A stretch of DNA of 64,000 nucleotides. It comes from Cyanophora paradoxa CCMP329. Lineage: Eukaryota > Plantae > Glaucophyta. Within the stretch, counting starts at the first letter, position 1. Every line of letters begins with the position of its first letter. The notes under the pieces were generated by a model, which was not told where the DNA came from, ran no database searches, and was given only the letters and a program-made list of their open reading frames with translations. Positions 1 through 10,905 of this stretch are shown here, piece by piece. The position numbers and the translations under genes were made by a program. The stretch is from the NCBI GenBank assembly GCA_004431415.1, contig QPMI01000436.1:582298-646297 (forward strand), written 5' to 3'.

Positions 1-1685
1 AGCGGCTGGCGCCGCCGGCCCCCGCGGCCGGCCTGCTCCAGCGCATGGACGCTGCTCTGGCGCGGGCCCACGAGGAGCTGGAGGAGGCGGGGGCCAGCCT
101 CCGCCGGGAGCGGTCCCTCGCCCTGCTCGACCGCGAGCGGGCCCTGGGGCGCGCCCCGTCCTTCCCGGCGGAGGGGTACGAGCAGGTTGGAGGCGCGGAC
201 GCGGACGACGGGGGAGATCCCGTACCCCTCCTCGCGATCGCCCCCCGCCGGTCGGAAATCCTGGGGAGGCTGCAGACCGCCCGCGGGGCGCCCTCGGCCC
301 GGGGGGCGGGCGACCCCGGGGCCGCCCCTCCCCGCGAGCTCGTACCCCGGCCGGGCCGGGGTACCCCGACAATCTCCCTGGACGCCCCCGCCGGCCCCGG
401 GGCCGAGCTCTCCCCCCTCTCCCTCGGCCTTCAGGCCCTGGTGCGCGTACCCCCCTCCCCCCCTCCCGTCAAATCCTAACCCTGTACCCCCCCCGCAGCG
501 CGCGCTGGAGGCGGCGGGGGGCGCCGGGGCGCTGCAGACGGGCCGGAGCCTGCGGCCCAAGACGCCCGGGTCGCCCGGGAGCGGAGCCTCGGCCTCCGCC
601 CGCTCCGCCCTTCTGCTCCTCGCCAGCTTCTCGTCCCCGGCGCTGCCCCTGGGGCAGGCCGTATCCCCCGCCGCCCCTTCCCCCTGGGACGGCTCCTCGG
701 AGCTCGAGGGTCCGGAGCCCGAATCCCCCGGTACCCCGGAGCCCGCGCCCGCCCTCCCCCCGCGCCCCGCCTCCCGCGCCGCAGCTCCGGCGAGCCCGAA
801 GCGAAGCCCGCGGGGCAAGGCGCCGCCCCCGCCCCCGGCCCCGCCCCGCCCCGCCCCCGCCGGCCGGCGAGCGCCCGGCAACGGCCCCGAGCCTGCCGCT
901 GGCGCCCGTGGCGGCCGGGCGGCCCTCGACGGCGCCCTTTGCGCCCGGGCCGGGGCCGGGGGCGCCTTTCTTGGACTTTCGACTCCACGAGCGCCCGCAG
1001 CCGCGCGAGGGCGGGCCCCCCGTCCGCCCTTCCTGCGCCCGCCCCGCGACCCAGCCACGCACGGGCCCCTCCCGCCCCGCCTCGTGGGCGGCCTGCGCCC
1101 CGGAGAGGCGGCGCCCCTGCCCCGCGCGGACGCCCCCGCCGCCCTAGGGATCGCCCCGGCTCACCCGCACCCTTTGCTCGGACGCCCCCGGGCGCTGCGG
1201 GGCAGCCTGCCTAGCCTTCCTTTCGCTGGGCCCGAGGCCCTGGACCTAGCGCTCGCGGTGGGGCGCCGGCGCCGGGCTCGCCCCCGCGGGCCCGCTCCGC
1301 CTCCGCCTCCGCCTCCCCGGGCCCCGGGTCCCCCGCGCGGCGCGCCCCGCCCCACGGGCACCCGCCTCGCTCGGGGCGGCCCCCCATCAAACTGTGAGCG
1401 AGCGATACGTATACTATGATAATAGCAAGAGTGCAGCTGCATGCAGTCGCTGCATGCGACACGACAGAGTCTGACAAATCCAGCTAGCAGACACTAGAAT
1501 TTTAATGCGGCAGACACTAGATATAGCTAGCATGCATATGAGCTGCAGCGACGAAAAATACTCGATCCTATGAGCGAAAAATACTCGATGCATATGCACT
1601 GCGGCAAAAGAGGCAGCTAGTCAAAGCTTAAGACAGGGGAAGGGAACGGCGCCGGCTCTGGGAACAAACAGCACTGGGCTCGACG

Positions 1686-2756
1686 CTAGTCGAAGATGGG
1701 GGAGGAGCCGGTGAGGGCGCAGCGGCAGGCCGGGCAGAGGCCGTGCCCCGCGAGGAGTGGCGGGGCGCAGGTGGCGCAGAAGACGTGGCCGCACGGCTGC
1801 AGCACCCGCCGCGACTCGCGGGGCCGGCGCGCCAGGCAGATCCCGCACTCGAAGGTCGTCCGCGGGATCTCCAACTCCGCAAGCAGCAGCGCGGCCCGCA
1901 GGCGCCCCGCAAGCAGGCGCAACTCCTCGCCCGAGAGGGTCCGCAGGCGCCCCTCGTCCAGGCTGTGCTCCTCGAGCTGCCGCTGCGCGTCTGCGGCTCG
2001 CTGCTCGGAGGCGGCCAGCTGCGCCAACAGCTCCCCGTTCCGACGCCGCACGTCCGCCGCGCGCTGCTCCGAGGCAGCAAGTTCCGCTCGCAGTTGATCG
2101 ATCTGCCGCTGAGAATCCTCCGCACGCGCCTCGGAGGAAGTCCACTGCAGCTGCGCCTGTAGTCTTTCAAGCTGCTCCTTCAGATCCGTTTCCCGGTGCT
2201 GAGATCTCTCGAGCTGCTGCTGCAGATCCGCTGCACGCTTGTGCGACGTCTCTACCTGCCGCTGGGCATCTGCTGCGCGCTTTTGGGACTGCTGCTGTAC
2301 GTCGGATGCACGCTTCCGCGACGCCTCAAGCTGGCGCTGCATATCCTCGAGTTGTAAGAATGAATCCGCCACTTGCTTCTGGGAAGCCTCGAGCTGCCGC
2401 TGCAAATTTGTTGCATCCGCCACTTGCTTCTGGGAAGCCTCGAGCTGCCGCTGCAAATTTGTTGCGCGTTTCTGCGCAACCTCGAGCTGCCGTTGCACAT
2501 CAGCATTGAGCTCCTCAAGATGCCGCTGCAGCTCGTCAGCGCGATTCCGCGCGGATTCGCGCTGCCTCTGAGCGTCCACAGCGCGCTTCACAGCCGCCTG
2601 CAGGCTCTGCTTCAGCCGCACCACCTCCAGATTCGCCTCTGCTTGCAGCTGCAGCTGCTTCGTCACGATCGGACTCACGGACAGTTGCACGCCACTACGA
2701 CATGTACATGTACATGGGATGAAAGGATGACGTGCGTCAGCTGCAGCGGCGTACAT
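1686..2756 (-). CDS. Coiled-coil plus C-terminal C3HC4 RING finger (probable E3 ubiquitin ligase); likely the 3' exon of the LRR gene upstream
   Basis: Long Q/E/R-rich heptad region, then CGIC...PCGHVFCATC...CPAC RING pattern at the C-terminus. The ORF N-terminus looks intronic. Confidence 0.8.
   Translation of the reverse strand: MYAAAADARHPFIPCTCTCRSGVQLSVSPIVTKQLQLQAEANLEVVRLKQSLQAAVKRAVDAQRQRESARNRADELQRHLEELNADVQRQLEVAQKRATNLQRQLEASQKQVADATNLQRQLEASQKQVADSFLQLEDMQRQLEASRKRASDVQQQSQKRAADAQRQVETSHKRAADLQQQLERSQHRETDLKEQLERLQAQLQWTSSEARAEDSQRQIDQLRAELAASEQRAADVRRRNGELLAQLAASEQRAADAQRQLEEHSLDEGRLRTLSGEELRLLAGRLRAALLLAELEIPRTTFECGICLARRPRESRRVLQPCGHVFCATCAPPLLAGHGLCPACRCALTGSSPIFD
2364..2465. 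repeat. 51-bp tandem duplication within the coiled-coil coding region
   Basis: Two consecutive copies encoding ATNLQRQLEASQKQVAD. Confidence 0.9.
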
Positions 2757-2834
2757 ATAGCAAATAACAACAGTACCCTAGTATGGAAGAGGGTCCGGTG
2801 ACGTCAGCAGAATTCGAAACTGAAGGTCCCTGTA

Positions 2835-3650
2835 TCACGATATATATATCAGTTTCGCAATAAATGAAACCTTAAGCTTAGGGGGCAGGACATGTGCATC
2901 ATTATCACGCACTGCGACGTTAACGTTGCCCAAGACATGGGAGAGATGGGAAACGTATAAGTACGCCCTGCGCTGTGCTTCGCCTTTACGTTTCCATTCT
3001 TGCTTGTTATCTGATCTGGATATTTTGTTGTCGTAGACGACGCGGCGAGCAGGCTGGGGCCATGCGTCTACCATAGGGTTGCCTTCAACAAGCATCGATC
3101 GCAAACTGAACATGTTGCACATCTTTGGCATCTCCATCAGCTGGTTATCACGGATGGAAAGCTCTCGCAAGTTGAAGAGCTGCCCGATCTCCGGCGGCAG
3201 AGCTGTCAGCCGGTTCGCATCCACATGCAGAGTTTCCAGGTTCTCCAGATGCCCAAGCTCGGGCGGCAGTGTCGTGAGCTCGTTTCTGTCCGCATTCAGC
3301 ATCTCCAAGTTCGCAAGCTGCCCGATCTCTGGCGGAAGAGCTGTGAGCTCGTTGCAACTTATGTTCAGGTCCTTAAGGTTCTCCAGCTGCCCGATCTCCG
3401 GCGGCAGCGACGTCAGCCAGTTGCAGCTCAGATCCAGCACCGTCAGGTTCTTCAGCTTCCCGATCTCTGGCGGCAGAACCGACAACCTGTTCACGGCCAA
3501 ATCGAGCACGCGGATGCAGATTTGCCCCTCGGACGCGATCTCCGCCGCTGGCCACTCCGTCAGACAGCAGCTCTTCATGTCCATCTTGCCCTCGCGATCG
3601 CTCGAAATCCACGTGCCGCGGCCGCAGCGCCGCTCACGGCTCCGAGTCAT
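2835..3650 (-). CDS. Leucine-rich repeat protein or exon
   Basis: About six 23-aa repeats of the LPPEIGxLxNLxxLxLxxNxLT type. The 3' end reads into AT-rich, intron-like sequence. Confidence 0.88.
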   Translation of the reverse strand: MTRSRERRCGRGTWISSDREGKMDMKSCCLTEWPAAEIASEGQICIRVLDLAVNRLSVLPPEIGKLKNLTVLDLSCNWLTSLPPEIGQLENLKDLNISCNELTALPPEIGQLANLEMLNADRNELTTLPPELGHLENLETLHVDANRLTALPPEIGQLFNLRELSIRDNQLMEMPKMCNMFSLRSMLVEGNPMVDAWPQPARRVVYDNKISRSDNKQEWKRKGEAQRRAYLYVSHLSHVLGNVNVAVRDNDAHVLPPKLKVSFIAKLIYIS

Positions 3651-4763
3651 CGCTTTAGGATCGGAGCTGGATCGGAAGGAAGCCTATGATTATGATGTGA
3701 TGATCAGAATTCGAAGCAACGCGACACGTACTTTCAGCTATATACGTTGAATGATGCTTGCAAGCCGCCGATCGACGGCTATGCGGGAACGCGCATCATG
3801 ATCATGAGATTTACGGCTATAGCTAGATCTAGATCTAGATCTAGAGCGCCCTAGCCTGCGGCGCCCCGGCTGCGGGTCGGGCCGGGGCGCCGGCCGCGGC
3901 CCCGCGCGGCCGCGTGCGCGCACACACGCCATATGCATGGCCAGCCCCGCCGCACCCGTACGCGTGTTGAACGCCGAATGCTAGCGCTGGTTGAAGCCGC
4001 TATGTGGAAAGCCCCGCGCGCGCGGCGCCCCGGCTCTACATGCGGCCGCGGGCACTCGGACCATGAGCCTGCAGCTGCGACACCTGCAGATCGGGGATAT
4101 GAAGCACCCGCACCCGCGAATTCGAATGCAGGAGTAGGCCGGTTGCAATTGCATGCTGCAGTTGGTTTGCAGGAGGCCTAGGGTGAGACCCGGCCCCTAG
4201 GCCTGGGCTCTAGATCTGCGGGGGCGCGAAGCATGAGAGCAATTGCATGCGCTCTCCGGGAAGCGCCGCACCCACAAATACTGGCCGCCGGCCGCGATGC
4301 AGCCCGCGATGGTTTAGGAGCCAGGCGAGCTCGGCTCAGTAGGCACGCGTGTCAAGAAAGCTTCTAGCTGCTGGCGCCGAGCTGTCTGGTGGACGCGAGG
4401 GGCCGCTCAGTGGCCGCTGAGTGGCCTCAGTGGCCGCTGAGTGGCGCGAGCTGGGGGTACCGCGATTAAAGCCGGCAGCTCTTGGCAGTGCTTTTCGCCG
4501 TATATACGTATACGAGTACTGCAGCGGCTCACACGTGCAAGCGAGCTCACACGTGCTCACACGGCAGTTCAAGCGAGACCGCTGCCGGCAATTGCAACAC
4601 TGCTCGCTCCGATCCGTGCGTTCGATCCGTGCAGGTCGAGCCGTGCGAGGAGCTCGAGGAGCTCGAGGGGCGCGACTGCTCCGAGCGGCGCGGCCGCGGC
4701 TCATGCATATGTCTCGCTCGCGGCGCGCTCGCGGGCTGCTGGCGCCTAGTCGTCGGCTTGGAT

Positions 4764-4860
4764 CGAACGACCGCGCGCAGGTACGATGCCGCCGCCCCTA
4801 CGGTGCTGCCGACCGCAGGACCGTAGGGGCGGCGGCATCGTACCTGCGCGCGGTCGTTCG
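4764..4860. repeat. Perfect 41-bp inverted repeat with 15-nt loop
   Basis: 4764-4804 is the exact reverse complement of 4820-4860. Confidence 0.93.
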
Positions 4861-7800
4861 GACCGCCCTTAAGAAGTTGCGACCGGCGTGCCCGGCCCGC
4901 GGAGGCGGGCGGTGTTCCATCGAGGGCGCGGCGCGTGCGCTGACACGGACCGTGGCCTGGTCGGTCCGCGGTCGCTTGTCGCCTGTATTTATCAGTGCTC
5001 ACGCTCTGCGCCCAGGTGAGGTCGGGGCGGTCCTGGAGCTGTACCCCCCGGGGCCCCCTAGCCCTTTGCGATCGGGCCCCGCGCCGCGGCCTCGCCGCCC
5101 CTCCGTCCGCCTCCAGGAGCTCTCAATGAAGGTCCGCCCAGCCGCCCTCGCCCCCGCCCCGAAGCCTACTCACGCCGGCAGGCCGGCCTTAGCGGCGGCT
5201 CCGTCGCGGGCCTCTTACGGGCCGGCGCGCCCTGGGACGAAAGGCAGCTGTACCTCTTACGGGCGGGCGCGCCCCCGGCCCCGCATCCACGGGCGCTCCC
5301 GTTGGCGTGCCGCGCGGGGCTCCCGCCGCCCGCGGCGACGGCGACGGCGACGGCGGCTCCGCCGCGGCTCCGGCAGCGCTCGCCACAAATCCACGGCGCG
5401 GAGGGCTCCGTAGCCGCCCCGCCCTGCAGCTTGGGACCGGCTCTGGGTCGACGGGGCGCCCCCCGCGCCGGCATTTCTCTGGGCGGGGGCGGCTGAGCGG
5501 CGCGGAACTGAGCCCGCAGCTCAGATCCCCTCCGCGGGCTCGGCGCAAGGCCTTCGCCGCTCAGATCAGATCTGAGCTGGAGCCCTCGCGTGGCGGCGCC
5601 GGCCGGGTGGGGCGCCCCGCCCGCTCGCCGGCCGGCTCGACGCGTGGGCGGCGCCGGGCCTCCTTCCGGATCCCGTCCAAGGGAGCCGCACCGGCGCCGC
5701 GCCCCGAGGGGCGCGGCGCCCCGCGCTTTGCTGCCTTCAGCGCCACCGCCTCCGCCCGTCCGCCCGACCGCCGCCCTGGGCGCCGGGGAGACGGTCCGCG
5801 GTCGCCCCCTGCGCTCATCCTTCTCGCGTTGAAGCTCACTCTTCGCGCGCAGGCGGGGCTGGGGCGCGCCCGGCTGGGGCTTGGGAGGCTCTCGGCTTTC
5901 GCGCGCCGGGGGGATGGAGCCTCGGCCCCGCGGCGGACCCGCCCCCGCCCCCGGCCCCTGCCGCCGCAGCCCCTTTCTCTCCCTCGCCCCTTCCGCCGTC
6001 CCTCCCCGCCGCCGCGCGCGCCCCGCACGGCTCTGCACTTACGGTCCCCCGACCGCCGCCGCGGACACTGCCGCTCCCCTGCGGGCCGCCACCGCGGGCC
6101 GGGCGGCAGCGCCGCGGCTGCGGAGGCCCTCGCTGCAGGCTCCGAGTCGGCGGGGCCCCCCCGAGGTCGCCTCGGCCCTGGGACCAACGACGTCTCGCCT
6201 CAGGCCGGTCCTCTCTCCTGCCCGTCTCCCCGCTCGCTCGCCCTGACCGCATACCCCCAGGGCCTCGCGAAGCTGGCGAAGCTGGGGTGGGGACCCCGCG
6301 CCCCACGCGCGGCGGGCCCGAGGGAGGGGGGGCGCCCCGGGGCTCGAGCTCGAGCTACGCCGGGGCGCCCCGGGGCCGCCGGGCCGCTCCGGCCACGCTG
6401 GAAGGCGGCGACGGCGCGCTCCGAAGGCGCCGGCGGACAGCGCTCTGGAGGCGCTCCGGTCCAGATCTAGAGGCGAGGGCGGGCGGCGGCGGCGGCGGCG
6501 GCGGCTCCCAGCGGGCGGGGCCCCGCGTGGGGCGTGAGGGCGTGACGGAGGCCCTCGAGCCACGCGCGCGCATCGCCGCCTCCGGCGCTTCCAAGACGCT
6601 CGATGGCGGCCCGCCGCCCTCTCCGCCCCCCCCCCCCCCCCCCCCCCCCCTTGGCTCGCTCCAGCCGCCCCCGCCCCACAGGCCGGCGCCGCCCCCGCAG
6701 GCCTCGGGGCTCTTTGAGGGGCCGCCGCGCCTCCGGCCCCTGCCCGCCGCCGCCGCGCTCTCGCCCCGCGCGGCCCGCGCGGCTCCGGTGCTCTCCGGCG
6801 GGCACCAGCGGCGCCTTCAGCTCGAGCGCCCCGACGCCCTGGTCCGGAGCATTAATACTACTGGGAAGCTAGAAAAGGTTTTTGCGTCTACTGGGGATTA
6901 ATACTACTAAGCATCTATATATAAGTACTAAAAGTTTTTGCCTCGGGCTCGGGCGCCCCGACGCATGCCCCTTCTGCTCGTCTCCCCCCAGGCCTTCCGA
7001 CCTCGTAGCGCTAACTAGCCCCAGGGCCCCGGCCCGCCGGCGCCGCGACACACGTACACCAGCTCCTCGCCGGCCGCGCGACTGGGCGCATCCGCTCGTC
7101 CACCGCCGCCACCGCCACCGCGCCCGGTACCGTCACCGCCTCTCAGAGTTTCCGCCCGCCGCCCGCACCAGAGGGCCCGCGAGCCTTCGCCTTCGAATTC
7201 GCCGGCTTCGGGCCCCGCCCCACTCCGGTCGGCCCGACCCGCCTCCCCCGGCCCCTCCCCTCCCTTCCCTCCACCCTCCCCCCCCCCCCCCCCTCCGCCC
7301 CCCCAACCCATCCCCTCCTCCGGTCCCTTGCGCGCGTACCCCTTCTGCCGGCGCCCGTCCTCCCACTCGGCTGGGCGTGCGCGTGCCCTGACCGCGTGAA
7401 CGTTCCCTCGTGCACGGGGCCGCCGCCGGTCTCAGGCCTCTAGAAATTCACCAGCTGCTTAAGTCTCATTTTTGGCGAAGTACCAATTATTTTCGCCCCA
7501 ACGTACGTAGACTTCGTATACCGAAGTACCCGAAGGCCCGCGGGCGGCCGGGCCCCGCGGCCGGCCCCGGGTCCTGGCCCCCGGGCCGGCCCCGCGGCCG
7601 GCCCCCGGGCCGGGCGGCCCGGCCGCGCGCGGGCCGGGCGGGCCGGCGCGGCCCGGCGGGCGGCCTGGGCGGCGGGCCGCGGGCCCCGTAGCCTGGGGCC
7701 GTAGGCCAGACTTCCCACAAGTTTGAATCGATATCCCAGTGAGATACCCAGTAGTGAGCTACTACTAGGCTAGTACTGCCACTGTACTACGGTACTGGCC

Positions 7801-7883
7801 CTACCGTACTACCGTAGTACTGGGGTCACCGTGGCACACTGGCACAGTCTCACAGCCTGGCAGACTCACAGTGGGGTGTAGAC

Positions 7884-8389
7884 CAGTGATGCTAAACTTT
7901 CACTTTCCAAACTTTCAACTTGAAAATTTTCATGTAAATTTTCAGTAAATTTTCACCTCCAAAATGAGCAATGAAAACTTTCAATAAATTTGCAAGGGGG
8001 GTACCCTTGAAGAGGCCATTCTGGGGGCGTTTCACGCCATAAACGAGGGTCAAATCCGTCGAAATACGAGACTATGGAGGCCTGGACACATTCTGGCGGT
8101 CTCTGCTGGTGTCAAGAGACCAGAGTATGCATTTCTCAGGAACCGTACCCCCCTCCTCAACGTGAAAAGAACGGCAAAGATACATCTGCACCTCGTGCAC
8201 TTGTAATACAAAGGTCGTCAATGACATCCTAACGCATATCGCTCGTGTCTGGAGGCTTCTCTGCAGAGAAACGTGTCACTTTCGCTGTGCAAGTAAACTT
8301 TGTATGGGTGAAAATATTTGCTGAAAGTTTTCGAAAGTTTACTGAAAATTTACAGGGCATTTTGGGATAATAAAATTTCAGCAACACTG
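7884..8389. mobile_element. Non-autonomous hAT-type DNA transposon (MITE-like)
   Basis: Ends CAGTGATGCTAAA...TTCAGCAACACTG; exact 8-bp TSD GTGTAGAC (7876-7883 and 8390-8397); AT-rich subterminal repeats; no ORF. Confidence 0.88.
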
Positions 8390-8877
8390 GTGTAGACTCT
8401 CACTGTAGACTCAGTGTAGAGTCACTGTAGACCATATATAGCCTATCATAGTATAGGGTTGCGCTTTTTTTGTCACAGTGTCTAGAGATTGTGGCCGGTA
8501 AATTCGGCGGTAATTCACAAAACAAATGCATGCGCTTTATAATTACTTTTGCCGGTAATTTGTTTTTGGAAATTAGTTTTACTGGTAAACCTTTGGTAAA
8601 CAGCCGTATTAGTACCGTATTACCTATAAGTTTACCTTTACAGAAAATACAGTGCTTCACTCGGTAATCCCGAAATTCGAATGAGAACTCGCGATCAAAT
8701 TCTAAGGGCTAAGTTCCGAAAAGTTCGCAAAGGGCCAATTTCCGTGTAAAGTTGCAAGGAGTCTTGTGCAAAAAAAGACAAAGAGCCTGCAGCGGTTATT
8801 TTTTTGGCCATTTCCAAGGTCCAACTTCCAAGCCTGACTCAGTGAAGTTCCAAGTGCGCATGCCGCCGGCCCGCCGC

Positions 8878-9396
8878 CAGTGATGGTATTATTAATTCTT
8901 GGCAAATCGAGACTGCTATTGATAATCTTTAGCACCATTATTTTATATTATAATTATGGCACCGTATGTTATCGATAACCATCCCCACACGCGCCATAGA
9001 AACCCCGCTCGGACAGAGCAGAAACGTCGCCAAACTGTTCAGAACGCTCTCTTACTAAGTTATCCACTATCCAAAGCAATTAAACACTGCTGACCACCTC
9101 ATAGAAGTCTACATGGGCACTGCGGCAGAAAGACGAGGGGTTGTCATCCGGCATCCGTCGCATCAGAGCCTGCTGGCTGTTTCCTGGTGTCTGACAGCAT
9201 TTTTAAACGTTCTGCTGTCATTCTTAATCGTTTCTGCGCGTTGTTGCGCGAGGAAAACGGGAGCTTTGCACCGTACCCCAATTTATTAGCGGTGCTATCG
9301 ATAACCCCTGGAATTCGGCACCACTATCAATAATCAAAATACCTGGGTTAAAATAATGGTTGCTAAAATATGTTATCAATAACCCAGCCATCACTG
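8878..9396. mobile_element. Non-autonomous hAT-type DNA transposon (MITE-like)
   Basis: TIR CAGTGATGG/CCATCACTG plus subterminal inverted similarity; exact 8-bp TSD CCCGCCGC (8870-8877 and 9397-9404). Confidence 0.88.
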
Positions 9397-9455
9397 CCCG
9401 CCGCTGCCGCAGTGCCGGCACAACGGCGGCACTGTGCCGCGCGCGCAGCCGCGGC

Positions 9456-9963
9456 CAGTGTTCGGTAAAGTTTACTCCCCCAAAATTGCCCTGAAAACTT
9501 TCTGCAAGCTTTGGAAAAGATTGTGCAAATATTTGCACCATAGAAAACATTCCAAGCACCGCAAAAGCACTGTATTCCTTGGCAAATAAGCGTCTAAACG
9601 AGAGATATAAGCTTTATAATGATATCTGTGAGTTTAGATTCAAAGTTTGCACGCGTTTAGTCTTGTTTTGGCCTTCTTTTCAGGGTCGCCGAGAGGGGGG
9701 TACCCATCTGAAGGAGGCGACCTTCGCCCTCCTGACACCCTTGTAACTCTATCAACTCTAGAATTATGTCAGAACCGAAGGAAATGCCGCAAGCAGCCGG
9801 TAAATCTTGCTCGTAACAGGCGGTAGGGTGGGGTGGGGAGGGGGGGTCAAGTGCAAATTAACTGAAAGTTTTCTAGGGTTGTAGGAGGGGGTGAAAATTA
9901 ACTGAAAGTTTTCAAGTAAACTTTCAAGAGAAAGTTTACCCAGCGCAAACTTTCCGAACACTG
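9456..9963. mobile_element. Non-autonomous hAT-type DNA transposon (MITE-like)
   Basis: TIR CAGTGTTCGG(T)AAAGTTT / AAACTTTCCGAACACTG; exact 8-bp TSD GCCGCGGC (9448-9455 and 9964-9971). Confidence 0.9.
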
Positions 9964-10111
9964 GCCGCGGCACTGTGCCAGTCTGTGCGGCCTGCCAGGC
10001 TGTCACAGTGTGCCGCGCCGGCGCCGTGCATTGCACACTGCAGACTGCAGTACTAGAAACGTCTGCAGTGACTCTGCACTGACTCTGCAGTGTGTGTGAC
10101 AGGCTGACAGC

Positions 10112-10490
10112 TAGTGCTGGGTTCAGTCAGGCTCCACCCCTGACCCAGTCGCTCAGCCCCCCTGACTGTGACTGAATCAGTCAAACTGAGGTTCAGTCAG
10201 GCTACCGTGCAAAAACTGAGGAAAATGACCCGGAAATGACCCAGATGCGATCCATCTAAGCTGCCAAGCACAGTGCGCGGGCAGTAGGGAGTGATTAGGC
10301 GAGCAAAGCTTATAAGAACACTGGTGAAAGGAATTCGGCCCCCGTTAGCCTCGTTAGCGCCGCGGCGCGGGCGGTTTCGTTCAGATTTCGTTGTTTTTCT
10401 GGAGGTAAGACGACAGAAGATCCTTTTTAGGTCGATCCACGTCGAGCTTCAGATCGAAAAAGCCCACAGGGGGGCACGCTCCCAGCCCTA
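10112..10490. mobile_element. Non-autonomous hAT-type element with TAG(T/G)GCTGGG ends
   Basis: Ends TAGTGCTGGG...CCCAGCCCTA; flanks CTGACAGC and GTGACAGC (7/8 TSD match). Confidence 0.7.
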
Positions 10491-10905
10491 GTGACAGCAC
10501 AGTGAGTGGCACTGAGTGCACGTGCCGCAGTGCCGGCGCTTTAATTTACGGTAGGCCCGCAGGCTCCGCAGCACGCTAGGCCCTAGGCTAGTGAGATCCC
10601 GGATCCATAGCCAGAAACGAAACCGCCGGCAGATCTAGAGCAAGTTCAGCGCTAGCTATAGGCTATAGCCGTACGCGTTGACTATCATAGTATAACCGTT
10701 GAACGCGTATACGTACGTTCAACCGAAACGGGTGCGCGCGCGCCTTAAGCTTCATACGTATACGTCAACTTAGTAACCGCTTTGTGCGCGCGCATCATAC
10801 ATATGCATATATATATGTGTGTATAAGTATGCATATGCATGGGTCGGGTGTTCCACGGTTAGAGTCTGTAATTACTGTGCATGCTCGCTGAGTATTTCTT
10901 TGCAG

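Noticed and set aside
1-1420. Long Pro/Ala/Arg-rich ORFs
   Set aside because: Probably exons of an edge-truncated gene plus GC-driven open frames. No recognisable domain or reliable exon structure.
4900-7700. Many overlapping long ORFs on both strands
   Set aside because: Extreme GC suppresses stop codons. A spliced gene may exist, but strand and frame could not be supported.
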